64,000 bases of DNA from Emiliania huxleyi CCMP1516 (Eukaryota), in contig NW_005201412.1 in the NCBI RefSeq assembly GCF_000372725.1, positions 124,001-188,000 on the forward strand. The letters run 5' to 3'. Numbering within the stretch: position 1 is the first letter of the stretch; every line of letters begins with the position of its first letter. The notes below the pieces were generated by a model. The model worked only from the letters and a program-made list of their open reading frames with translations, was not told the DNA's origin and did no database searches. The translations under genes and the position numbers were made by a program. Below are positions 49,954-61,644 of this stretch, in pieces.

Positions 49954-50703
49954 ATGCTCCTCGGCAACCAACCCGTCCCCGCACCCTCCAACGAGGTCAG
50001 CATCGTCGGCGAGGTCACCAACGGCATCATCATCGCCGCGAAAGCTGCCGTAAACACGCTCTTTTTGTCGCAGCGGCGCGGCGCGCTGATGGCTCTCCAG
50101 ATAAAGAACCTGAAGAAGGCTGCGCTGGCGTACCTTGTGTGGGACCTACGCGGCGAGCTGGCGGGCGCGCGACTCGAGCAGGCGGTCGTGTACGGCAAGA
50201 GGCTCGAGACGCACGCGAGCGGCGTGGACAAGGAGTTGGGCAAGTGCAAGCGGCGGCAGGCGGGCGCGGAGGCGCTTCTCGCTGTCGTTCCAGAAACGTT
50301 GCAGGACGTGCCCACGCCAGAGGAGCCCGCGGTCGAGGAGGAGCCGGCGGTCGAGGACCTGCCGGCCAGCGACTCCCGTCCCGACGACGCGTCTTCGGAC
50401 AGCGATCGGGAAAGCGTCTTCGAACGTCGGGTGACCCGTCGGATGATCGACGCGGGCCTGAACGAGGCGCAATTCGATGATATGCGGAACGTTTACGGGA
50501 TTCAGCTCGCCCACGAGGACAAGTGCCACGAGTGTGCCAAGCTGCAGGCTCGGGCAGTGAAACTGTATGATATGCTCCTCCCGTACCTCGAGCGCGACTG
50601 GGTGCCACTGGAGGAGGCATTCCAGCGGCTCGACCTTATAGCTGCTCGGGAGCGCTCGGGTACCCTGGGTCGTGGGTATGATAGTGACACAACATATGTG
50701 TGA
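49954..50703 (+). CDS. Intronless hypothetical protein (249 aa) between Helitron-like units
   Basis: ATG-started ORF with GC-rich third positions and an acidic EEPAV repeat; no family recognised. Confidence 0.5.
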   Translation: MLLGNQPVPAPSNEVSIVGEVTNGIIIAAKAAVNTLFLSQRRGALMALQIKNLKKAALAYLVWDLRGELAGARLEQAVVYGKRLETHASGVDKELGKCKRRQAGAEALLAVVPETLQDVPTPEEPAVEEEPAVEDLPASDSRPDDASSDSDRESVFERRVTRRMIDAGLNEAQFDDMRNVYGIQLAHEDKCHECAKLQARAVKLYDMLLPYLERDWVPLEEAFQRLDLIAARERSGTLGRGYDSDTTYV

Positions 50704-50828
50704 TACACTACCAAAACAGGGCCGCGGGGGGGCGTTGGGGGCCGCTGGAGGGCCGCTAGACCCTTCCCGGGCCCCTCCGGGTGGGTCCGGGTGCACCCGG
50801 ACATCTCTGCTGTGTTAGGATCATCAGA

Positions 50829-51073
50829 GGTGTCGAGCGGTGTCGAGCGGTGTCGAGCGGTGTCGAGGGGTGTCGAGCGGTGTCGAGGGGTGTCGAGGGG
50901 TGTCGAGGTGTCGAGTTTGGCACCTTGACACGGTCGAGCATGGTTTCAGCCTAGGGGGTGTCGAGGGGTGTCGAGGGGTGTCGAGGGGTGTCGAGTTGGT
51001 CGAGTTGGCATGGGGTGTCGAGGTGTCGAGTTGGTGTCGAGTTGGTGTCGAGGTTTGGTGTCGAGGTGTCGAG
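50829..51073. repeat. (GGTGTCGAGN)n 10-bp minisatellite in two blocks
   Basis: Direct observation. Confidence 0.9.
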
Positions 51074-52420
51074 GCCAGGGCTCAGGGTCGGCGTTGAACG
51101 CGGCCGCATCTGCGTACGGCTTGCCCGGCCCGATTTCCTCCTCGTGTGGTTCGGCCCGCAGCTTCTTGGGCAGAGCGCGGCGGCACGTGGACGGTCGAGG
51201 CGCCGGCCCCGGCCATGCGGCGGCTCGATCCACCTTGCGATCGACTTTGGCAAAGCGATTGCAGCACGGCCAAGAAGAAAACTCGAAGAAGAAGAAAATG
51301 CGTGTACTAACTCATCTGCAGAACCTCGGCGCACGAGCAGCATGTTCCACACTTGCAGCGTCACACCCAAGACCAAGAGACAACAAACTATCTCTCTCTC
51401 CCAAGAGGGAGGATCTACGCCACAAACACACATACTCGACACAGACCCTCTCTCTGACTGTCGACGGGCGCCAACCCGACACCACTACCCGGCGCCAGGC
51501 GCCGGCAGTGATAGTCGCCACTCACGCGACGCAGCTTTCCTCGCGGCACGTGATGCAGTGGTGTGGCGCTGTCGGTGGCAGCACGTGACTGGTGCGCTTG
51601 GCGCCTGGACGCAGCGCGACGGCCGTGTGCGCTGACGAGCGCCAGCGGCGCATTGCCAGCACGATCACGACGCACCGTGGAGTGAGCTTGGGCCGGGCCG
51701 AAAGCGGGGAATGTGTGGGAGTGAGGCGTGTGGGCCCACCGAGAGGCGCCGCACCGCGGCTTCAAAGGGACATGCGCCAGCGAGGGAACTGGAGCGAGGG
51801 AACTGGAGCGCACCGCTCGCCACAAAGCGCAGCCCGGCGCGCCGACACAGCGAGAAGGCGCGCGCCGCCGACCAGCGGCGCCTCGCAACAGTACATTCCG
51901 CCCACGGGCAGCAGAACGCTGGGTAGTCCTGAATCAGAGTCTGATTGCATCTCCGACGCGTGGCTCAGACGCGTGCGCGACGCCGCTGGGTCCGTCCGTG
52001 CGCCTGGGAGTGTGTGGACCGGCAGGTGAAGCTGTGGCGGCTGGCTCACCGGCGACTCGCTCGACGCTCGCAGCACCCGGCACCGAGGAAACGGCGCAGC
52101 CGGTTCGCATCGCAAGCCACCGCTCAGGCCTGCTGGCAGGCTGCTGCGGACCCTGCGGCATCCGCCGGCCAAGCGTGGAGCCGCCAGGGGGGCCAGGGGC
52201 CGACCAAAACGATCGTGCCTGGGCAAATTTTCGGGGCGGACAGAAATCGCGGGAGATGGCTCTCCTTCTTAGTTCTTTCAATGATAGGGACAATCGCTGT
52301 GAACCCAGCCACGTATAGCAACACACCCCTGTTCCTTCCAGTGAAATGTAATCCCTGTGTGGTGGCGGCGTGCCGTCCTCCCATCTCCCTCTTTTGGGTT
52401 GTATGAAATCATAGTTATGT

Positions 52421-55400
52421 TAGGGGCAAACACTGAAAACGTAACTTGATCGGGGCGCGGTTTTTTTTGGACTAGACTGCTCGGGGGAGGTGGGCGAGTG
52501 ATTGGGTAGCTTTGGGGCCACCGAAAATAATGAGAACCGCCCCCTATATCTCGCCAAATCTCGATTTTTCGCGGGAATGGGCGCTTCTCAGCCCCGCGCG
52601 AGCTACAGTGACTCCCCAGGGCTTGTCCCGTGGCCCAAAGTGGTACCCCGAGCTCCGCCACGAGCGTGGGCAATCAGGAGACACCCACAGTCACGGCGGG
52701 CGAGGAGTTGGGTGACGGCCAACTGTCGATTACGGCGCCTCTGGAGCCTCCTGTATCGTCGGTTCGGCTCGAAGATCGTGCCGCATCCGCATGTAAACCA
52801 CCTCCGCGCCCCCGCTGGCACATGTCCGCATTGCCCGAGCCTGGGAGAAGTTCCCAGTGCCCGGAGGCTGCACAGGTCCGCGAAACGCTGGCGCTGCAGC
52901 TCCCGGCGCGCACCCCAGATTCGCGAGGAAAACAGCCGAAAACGGGTCGCGCCGCGATCGACCCTCAGCGAGCCCAGGCGAGCCTGGTAATCCCACCCGG
53001 TGGTAAGCGCACGTCCTCCGCGTAATCTAGCGCGCTGTGCAGCCCGCCAGTGCATGGCGCCGACCTGGGCCGCGACTGGTCGATCTCGCCGCGATCTCGC
53101 CATCCAATTCTCGGTCAGGTGTAGTGGATCACCTTAAAATCCTGGATTAATTCCTGAGCCCACCTGGCCCCACCAGACGGGTAGCACGAGGCGCCCGGGC
53201 CACTTTTTAGCGCCTCCCGAGCCTCCCGGCGCCTCCTGTGGCCTCCTGAACCCTCTCCCCCTCAGCCTCTCTCGGCGACGTGGGGAGCGGCTGCCGTCCA
53301 CGGCTCGCACCGGCTCTTCCAGCGGCTCCACGCTTGCCGCCTGTGACGCCCGCGCCACGCACTGCCACGCGGCCGCTCGAGAGAGCGGTCGACGCCCATA
53401 CTGCTGGGCGTGGCGCTCTATCGGTCGACGCTTCGGCGTCGCTGCTTGGTTGGGGACCCGTGCCTCGACGCGGCGGCGCGGCCGAGTACGGCTCGGTGGC
53501 ACAGCGCGTCGCCACGGATAAGATGCGGCCACAAGCGGCTGGGGAAGCTCCAAGAATGTTTCGTTCTACTTGCAGGAGAGGTCCAAGCAATTCGAGTGAC
53601 TGCATGGCTCTTCGCGTCGAGGGATGCGTCCAAGATCGGATTGGCTTTTTTGAAAGCGCCGTGTCTTGCGGCATATTCCGGGTCATCGATCCACGTGATG
53701 TGACAAACTAGCCGCTAGTAATGAATATGGGAATGTCATCTAGTTCAGGCAACCCGAGCGACAACTTCACGCGCTTGGCGTGTGTGTCGTGTGTGCCTGC
53801 TGCTCAAGCGGATCATATATCCTATCCCCTCCGTTTTGTGGTAACGCGGATATGAGCATATACACAACACACATACCACGGTCCGTCTGCATCCTCGGCC
53901 ATCTACCGCCGTGCCGCATCACCCTATGTCGCCGCGCGGCGGCCGCCGACGCGTCGGCGCTCGCCTGCAGCTCGGTGTACGAAGGCGCCGCCTCGGGCTC
54001 CTCCCGCGTGCGGTGCAGCGCCGAGAGCACCTTCAGGAGCGAGGCGACGGGCACCGCCGCGGCGATGTGCCGGTGTAGCGTGTGGGAGCCGTTGGCCGGG
54101 TTGTACGACGGGCCCGAGATGCCCTTGGACTTGGCGAGGCAGTTCTTCAGATAGTTCGAGAGCGCGGTCTGCCCGACGTCGTGGTCGATGACCTCGAGCT
54201 GCACCAGCGTGCGCGTGGTGTGGGCGAGCGGCTCCGCCGCCCGAGCGGCGGCTTGACTGAGCAAGGACGGGACGAGGCCCTTGGCGAGAGCCAAGTTACG
54301 CCACTGCGGATCGTCGGTCGGAGGCTGCCATCGCTCGCGCAACTGCGCACAACACGCACACACGGCTCAGGCAGCAAGGCCGAGATAGAGCCGAGATATA
54401 GCCGAGATACAGCCGAGATATAGCCGAGGTGTAGCAGCCGCGGCGGCGGCTCAGGGGGCGGTGGGAGAGCAGGGCGGGCGCCTGCTCGTAGCGGCTCGAC
54501 TGCAGCAGCACGACGTTCATCCACTGGTCGACGAGCGTCGGGACGGCGACCCACGAGCCGTCCGCGCCGCGGCCATGTAGCAGCACGAGCAGCGCCCATG
54601 CGTGCACCTCCGCCTCGCTGGGCAACGCCTTGCCCGAGGCGCACAAGATCGAGTTCCTGCGGCGCGCGCGCGGCAAGAGCTCGCCAAGGCGGGGCGAGCG
54701 CGGCCACGGCGAGGGCGGGCACGCACCGCTTCGATTCGGGCGCCCCGCGCTGCAGCGCCGCGCGCCGCTCAAGCTCGGCCTGCACGTTATGGAGGATCTA
54801 CTGGAGCTCCTCGGTCGTGACATCTGCGGCACACACGCGCAAACCTGAGACCCCCACGGGCCCGGCGGCGGCGCGGCGAGCGGGGCGCGCGCAGGGGCAC
54901 ACACGGGCGTCGCAAACGCGCGGGCGCAGCGCGCCTGGAGCACCAGGAAGGGTGCCACCGCCGGCGCCGTGCTCCGCGTGATCACCTGCACGCACAGGCA
55001 TCGCAGATCGTCAATGTCCCGCTGTGTCCCGAGCTTGGGGCTCGCGCTCCGGCGCCACGGGCTCGACGCGAGGACTCTGGAGAGAATGTCAGAGTGAGAG
55101 TGGATGAGGTTGGAGTGGAGGCGGCAATCGCCGTGCGGGCGCGCCGGGGGCTGCAGACTCCTCCAAAGCAGCGGGACGGGGCGCGCGCGCGACCGCGGGC
55201 CGGATTTTGCGGGGGAACTCGGGGGGAGGGCGCCCCGGACACGCCCTGCACGCGGCGCGGGCTGGCGCTCACCAGGAGCGGCAGCATTTGCGGTTTTCGA
55301 CTTTGGTTTTTCTTTGCACGCCATCATTCTTTTCCCTTTCAGCGGCCTCACTTGTCGCATTTGCGAGGAAAGCAAGCGCGAGCGCTGCGGCGCCGGAGTC

Positions 55401-55536
55401 TTTCGGTCACCATTCTGGACCATCTTAATATTTTTCAATGATTTTTGCAGGGTCTGAAAGCTGAGACTCAGCTCTTCACGCTCGGTATGAAAGCAAGGTC
55501 CGTCCGGGGGGTCCCATTTTTCAGTATTTCCCCCTA
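52421..55536. mobile_element. 3.1-kb TIR DNA transposon with TAGGG termini and a 7-bp TSD (GTTATGT)
   Basis: TIR taggggcaaacactgaaaa / ttttcagtatttcccccta (17/19); TSD at 52414-52420 and 55537-55543; joined flanks resemble 43150-43225. Confidence 0.8.
53767..55100 (-). CDS. Spliced hypothetical gene or pseudogene inside the TIR element
   Basis: Protein-like exons (...VLLQSSRYEQ, LRERWQPPTDDPQWRN...SYTELQ) separated by GC-donor intron-like sequence with (GCCGAGATATA)n; no DDE motif recognised. Confidence 0.45.
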
Positions 55537-55920
55537 GTTATGTGTTTTCTTTCTTTCTTTTTTACGAGGTGACAGGCGTACGCGAGAGTGTGCGCTGCAT
55601 CCTGCAAGCAAGAGAGCAAGAGAAGAACAGCTCGCTCGCCCACGCGCGCCGCGCGCGTCTGCAGCGCGCCGCGAGCGCGCCACACCACCACGCCGCACGC
55701 CGACGACGATCCACCAATCTCCCGCCGCTGGCCTCTGCGCTCTGGCCTGGTGCGACTAGACCCAGCGGAGGCCCCGCACGCTCACCCGCCGCCATCGCCC
55801 GAGCGGGGGGGGGGGGGGGGGGACCCGCCGTGTTTCCTCCTTTTTCCGCCCCCCGCCCTCCCAGCTCCCCGCCCTCCGGGATCTACTCCGACTAACGTGG
55901 TGCCCTGCCGGCCCGCCGGC

Positions 55921-58518
55921 TCAGATGGAGGACATGGCCTGCTTGCGCACCTCCCGCGCCGCCCCCTCGCGCGCCAGCCCCGCCGCCTTGGCCGCCACCC
56001 GCCGCGTGGCCGCCTCGGACGGCACCTCGCCCATCAGCGAGCGGGCCCACCCCTCGAGCAGCAGCACGCGCGCCTCTGCGCGGCCGAGCCCGCGCGCCTG
56101 CAGTAGAACAGACCACCTCCCACATCTCCCTCTATCTCCCCATATCTCGAGGAGGGGAGGCGCCTGCAGGTAGAAGACCATCTCGTCGTCGAGGTCGGCG
56201 ACGGTGGCCCCGTGCGTGCACACGACGTCGTCCGTCAGGATCTCGAGGTTGGGCGAGATGTCGACGCGCGCCGAATCTGAGAGGAGCAGCGAGCGGCAGA
56301 GCTGGTTGGCGGTGGTGTTGTCCGACCCGTGCGGCACCTGCACCGCCCCGCGAAACACAACCTGCGAGCGGCGGGGGACGGGGCGGGTGGTGGGGGGGGA
56401 GAGGGCTCGCAAGCGGCTGCACCGCGGGGCGGAGGGATCCCTCGCGCGGCCGGCGAGGGCGTTGCGCTGCTCCTGCTCGGAGGAGCCTGCAGGCCGACAT
56501 GGAGGGCGTGAGAGGGGTGCGCTGGTGCGCTGGGTCGGCTGTTGCGCTGCGGATCAGAGTTGCAGTCGGGAGAGACGTGCCGCACGGCGGAGTGGAGGTC
56601 GAGCAGCTGCGACTCGGAGCCGAGGGCGATCCCGTTGAGGGAGGCGTGCGAGTGCCTCCCCTCGAGCCGCACCGCGAGGTTGACGCGAGAGAGGCGCCTG
56701 GCGCATACGGTATGGGTTAGGGTATGGGTTAGGGTTAGGGTCAGGGTTAGGGTTAGGGTCAGGGTCAGGGTTAGGGTTAGGGTTAGGGTTAGGGTATGGG
56801 TTAGGGTTGACGCGAGAGAGGCGCCTGGCGCAGGACGCACAGCCGCAATCACAGTGTGTGTGTGTGTGCAAGGGGAACAAGAGCCGAGGTCTGCGCGGGA
56901 GAGGGGCGCCCTCCTGGAGATATGGGGAGATATGGGGAGATATGTGGAGATATGGGGAGATATGGGGAGATATGGGGAGAGGGGCGCCCTCCCGACTGGA
57001 CGATGTTCGCGTCGTAGCGAGCGCCGGCCGCGAGGGTTGCGAGCACCTGGCGGGCGGGGCCGAGGGGCGGGGTGGAGGGGCGGGGCCGAGGGGCGGGGTC
57101 GAGGGGCGGGGTCGAGGGGCGGGGCCGAGGGGCGGGTCGTCGGCCGGCGGCCTTGGAGCGTGCCGGGCGGGCTGGCGCGAGCAGCGAGTGTGTGGGGGGC
57201 GTGAAGGGGTGCGAGGGGGTGCGAGGGGGTGCGAGGGGGCGGGAGGGGGTGCGAGCAGCGCCGAATCGACGTGGACAGCGCCGTCGGACTGCTCCTGCGG
57301 GCCGAGGCGCGGCGACGCGTCAGGGGCTGCGGTGCGGGGCTTGGGGCTGCGGTGTTCGAGGCGGGCAGCTGGTGCGTGGTGTCTCGGCGACCTCTCGGCG
57401 ATCTCTCGGCGCTATCGCGGCTCCACCTCGGCGGGCAGCTCCTGCAAGCACGCATACTATCCCGGCAACCTCTCGGGGGTCTCTCTGCAGCTGCCTGCAG
57501 GTATGCGTGCGTGAGCGAGGCATTCTCGCCGAGGCGCAGCCGCGAGAGGCCGTTGCAGAAATAGGCGCCGCGGCCGGCGTACTGCTGGAGCAGCGAGAGG
57601 GAGGCGCCGTCGCCGAGCCAGAGGGAGAGGTTGGGGTGGCTGGCGGCGAGCTGCGGCGAGGCGCCGGCCTCGGCGCCGGAGTCGGGGTAGGAGGGTGTGG
57701 AGAGGAGGATGAGGCGGAGCGTGTCTACAGCGACGCCGCTCGGCACCTGGCGGGGAGGAGGGGCGGGGTTGGGGGGGGGGGGGGGGCCAGGGGGGGTGAC
57801 GGGCGGGCAGGGCGGGAGGGCGGGGGAAAGGCGGGAGGAGGCGGGAGGGGGCCGGAGGAGGCCGAAGAAAGGGCGGGAGGAGGCGGAGGCGCACATAGAC
57901 GCACGCAACGTCGGAGAGGGCCGCCTGGTTGAGCGCGGCAAAGGTGTGGCAGCCGAGCTCCGTGCGCGGGTCCGCCTCCCGCTCCGGGATCTCCCGCAGC
58001 GACTCCAGCACCGCCTCCCTCACCTCCGGCGGCACCTGCTCGAGCGGGCCTGCGTACGCGCCGCCGCCGAGGGAAGAGGTGTCGCTGAGGTCGGCGCTGT
58101 AGACGCCGTCGACAAAGACCAGCCGCGGCCGCGCCGCCGCCGCCGCCTCCTCCTCCTCCTCCACGTACCCCGCCACGAGCTCGCCCACCCGGCCCGACGG
58201 GGCACCGAGTGTCGCGCCATAGAGCAGAGAGAGGTCGGTGCGGCGCCACGCCTCCTGCTTGCGCCCCGGGCGCCGCGCCGCGAGCACAACGTCGGTCGCC
58301 TCCGACCGCACCTCATCCAGCAGACCTGACGCCACAGAGCCACGCGCCGCCACCGCCGATCCAAGCCAGTCGTCCACCGCAGATTGAGTGAGCGTGCCGG
58401 CCTCGGCGCAGCGCACCGCGGCGCGGCCACGCGCAGACCCGCACAAGGGCGCCCCTGGCGCCGGCCGCTGCGAAGGCAGGTACGCGGCGCCGACAGAGGC
58501 GATGCAGGCTGTCAGCAT
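55921..58518 (-). CDS. sufD: Plastid Fe-S cluster assembly protein SufD, multi-exon
   Basis: EAWRRTDL, LVFVDG, FAALN, RLSRVNL, VVFRG, QLCRSLLLS, PNLEILTDDVVCTHGATVADLDDEMVFYLQ|ARG. Confidence 0.93.
56706..56804 (+). repeat. Interstitial telomere-like (TTAGGG)n with variants inside a sufD intron
   Basis: TTAGGG/TCAGGG/TATGGG hexamers flanked by an exact 28-bp direct repeat. Confidence 0.92.
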
Positions 58519-59071
58519 CGCCTGCGATTGCCCTGGCCGGCCCCGTGCTTTTTCGGGAGATGTGCAGCCAGGTTCGTTGTGAAGACTGGGGCGCGCCACC
58601 CAAGAGCCTATAGGTAGGTGCGGATCGGCAAGAGCGCAATCGATCTTTTTGCCCTCTAACACCTTGGGTTGTAAGAACTTGAAACACACCACGCAGGGGC
58701 ACAGCAAGCACGGATAGCCGCACTATCTTAGAGGAATACGCATTTCTGCGGCGAATACAAACGCGAGTACGCGCACCGGCGCGGACACACTGGGATTTGT
58801 CTGGCGGTGCTGCCCGCGCGGTCGGTACCGCCCTCTCGGCCACCCAAGCAGGTGGATAGGTGAGGAGACGCGCAGAACGGCGGCCGCGAGGCAGCCGGCG
58901 CGGTGCTCCCTCGGCGCGGTTCGCCGGAGCAGACTTTTGCTTACGGTTTGAGCCGCGGCCCGGTAGGTTGACTGAGCGGCTGGTGCGTGTGAGGCGGTGC
59001 TGGGCGGGGTTGGGTCGCCACTGCGCGATCCGGCCCCAGTCTCGGTTACGTAGACGCCTAGTCAGCACGTA

Positions 59072-59500
59072 GGATGATGCTGCCAACCCGAGCGCGCCCG
59101 GATGGCATTTCGGGCGGCCCTTAGCACCCCATTTTGTGCTTGGAGGTGCGGTCGCCTTTGTTGGAGTTGGCGAGGGAGTCGCCCTTGTACTCTCCCACCG
59201 TGACGTGCACGCCCGCGGCGGCCTGCTCGACGAGAGTGGGCGCAATCACCGACAAGTATAGCCCGTGCCTGCGCTGTATCGCCGTCAGGAACATCGCCGA
59301 CACCATCTTCGTGTGGTGGAGTCCATCACAGGGCGCATGTCGAGCCACCCAGCGGCGCCGAACTGGGAGATCGAGATGTAGCGAGTCGCCTCCCTGGACT
59401 TAATCGCCTCCGACTGCGGCGTGTTTTTGTCAATCTCCTCGCACGCCGCCAGGCACGCGATCCACGCTTCGTGGGCCCCGACAGCAGCGAGCGTGCCCTG
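59072..59500 (-). mobile_element. Second fragment of the CRE-like non-LTR retrotransposon
   Basis: 59072-59297 closely matches 13572-13797 and extends 5' to SQFGAAGWLD. Confidence 0.75.
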
Positions 59501-59524
59501 TTTCGGGACTGGAGAGGTGCTCTG

Positions 59525-60003
59525 TTGGCCAGTAGCAGGTTTGCCTCTCGCACCCCGTCTGTTTTCTTTCCTTTTTTCTCTACAGCACCCTCTCTTTTCC
59601 TCTCTATTTTCCCGGGAAAACTGCGTGGAAATCGTCAAATTTTGGGCTCTGAGCCGAGCCTGAGGCTGGTTTGGGCCCAAAATCAGCCAAATTTTAGGCC
59701 AAATCGGCAAAATGCCGGGAATTTCGCGGAGAGGAACCCGTGTATACCTGGAAATTACCCTGCGACCGCCTGGGTATTTTGTCGATTCCTCAATTTTGCC
59801 TCAGATTTTGCCCCAGACGCCAGACCAGCTCTCAGACTCAGGGAAACTCGCGAGTTTCCAGAATGACAAAACTCCAGAATGGAGCACCAAACACAACCAA
59901 CAACACAAACACCCTCTGTTTTCCCTGGAAATTTCCGGAAACGCAAAGTGCTGGGGACCCTCTGTTTTCCTTTTTGTTTGCCGGAAAACCTGCTACAGGC
60001 CAA
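59525..60003. mobile_element. AT-rich MITE-like element
   Basis: 18-bp TIR ttggccagtagcaggttt / aaacctgctacaggccaa (1 mismatch); no clear TSD. Confidence 0.55.
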
Positions 60004-60078
60004 GCAAGTGCTCACGCGCAAAGAAAAGAGACGACGCATAAAAAAGAAAATGAAATCCGAGCTAATCATCTTCGATCG

Positions 60079-60681
60079 ATGTCGGCACTTCTGTTCATCG
60101 CCAGTGCCGGCCTCGTGCTGCCCGCGCCTCCGCAGCGCGCGCACGCCGCGCGTCGCGCCGCGCCGACCACGATGCTAGACATCCCTCGCATCACGCTGCC
60201 GGCCGCCGTCGCGGACCCCATCAAGGACCTCGACCTCAAGAGCCCAAACGACCTCTCGCAAGCAGAGTACAATTCGTACTCCGCGGCTGCCATCGGAGGC
60301 ACGCTCATCTTCTTCATCCTGCCCCTCTTTGACATCCTCGGCTTCTTTGGCGACTTCGTGTTCTCGGCGCTCGTCGGCGGCGGCGTCGGCGCCTATGCAT
60401 CGCTTCGCAAGGTGTGCCCGGCCGGAGCCCTCACGCTCCCCCCTCACCGCTCGGTCCGCCATCCAATTCTCACGCCCGACCCGCTCCGAGGCTCTACGTG
60501 CAGCCCTGCGCGCAGCTCCTCCCGCCTCCCTCACTTTCCTCTCCCTTCCCCTAAGGATTCGGTGGGCGAGTATGCGAACAAGTTTGGCGGCGCGCTGCTG
60601 ACTGCGGCCGACAAGGCAGCGGCGGAGGCGCCGGGCCTGAAAGACAAGCTGCAGAAGCTCGTCGACGACATCAAGAGCTAG
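60079..60681 (+). CDS. Small, probably plastid-targeted membrane protein
   Basis: Signal plus transit-like leader, hydrophobic hairpin; GT-AG intron 60412-60556. Confidence 0.7.
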   Translation: MSALLFIASAGLVLPAPPQRAHAARRAAPTTMLDIPRITLPAAVADPIKDLDLKSPNDLSQAEYNSYSAAAIGGTLIFFILPLFDILGFFGDFVFSALVGGGVGAYASLRKVCPAGALTLPPHRSVRHPILTPDPLRGSTCSPARSSSRLPHFPLPSPKDSVGEYANKFGGALLTAADKAAAEAPGLKDKLQKLVDDIKS

Positions 60682-61644
60682 AGCGCCGCTTGCGGCCGGC
60701 CCCTACCGTGGGAATGGGAATGATCTCTCGCTCAGAGGCGCTTGCCAGCATGAGCGCAGTCCTCCGAATGGCGGCCCGTGCCGCGCGGCGTTCTGCGGGC
60801 CCATATACGTTTTGCGACACTGCATGGACATGGCGGCCTGCCGCGAGGGCCGAGCACGCGTCGACGACCGTAGACCGAGAGCGAGCGCGCCCTGCACGGG
60901 AGGCGCCCGCCTCGGCCTCGCGCAACCCTGTGGCCTGTGCGCTGCCCGACCAGGCACCGTCGCCATGTCACCCCCCCCGTATGTCGCCATGTCACCCCCC
61001 GTTGTCGTGGAGCCCCCACCATGCTACGAATTGTTATTTTAAATATGGGGCACATCAGACATCCCATACTCGTTCGCTTTCGCATGCATCACGATGCCAG
61101 AAAAAAGAAAACGAGGGAGAGTGATCGCGAGAAGGACAGAGTCAGAGACTCCTCCCAGGAGGGGATTTGCAGTAAAGAATCCTACGAATACAAGCCCCTC
61201 TCACAGCGGACTGCAGGACGTTGCGGAGATCAGCAGGAGGATGTACGAAAAGATTCTAGCATCTAGGAGCAGCAGGGACCAATGGTTGGGTAGTAGGGGT
61301 AGAGCTAGAGGGTTGCCCAAAACTTAGACCTGCTCGCAGGCGAGCGCTGAACTAAGCCCCCGGAAGGAGGCGGGCTCTCAAACTTAGACGCTGTGGTGAT
61401 CGGACTCACGTGTCACGAACTTAGATGACACGAGGTCGGCCAGTTCCGGGTCTCTGCAGGAGCCCCCCCCCCCCCCCCGGGCTCCCAGCCACAGCCCAGC
61501 CAGGCCGCCGCCCCGGTCCGGCCCGCGGTCTGCTAAATAAAAAGTGTAAACCCTGCATATTTTGCACGACCCCATGGGTCAAAAAGCTACCAGCGCCGTC
61601 GCGCACGCCCTCCTCTCAGCCTCCGTGCGCAAGTTGCGACGGCG

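Noticed and set aside
50829..51073. Possible CRISPR-like array
   Set aside because: Contiguous 10-bp tandem units with no unique spacers and no cas genes; eukaryotic context.
56706..56804. True chromosome end
   Set aside because: Short internal tract with sufD exons on both sides.
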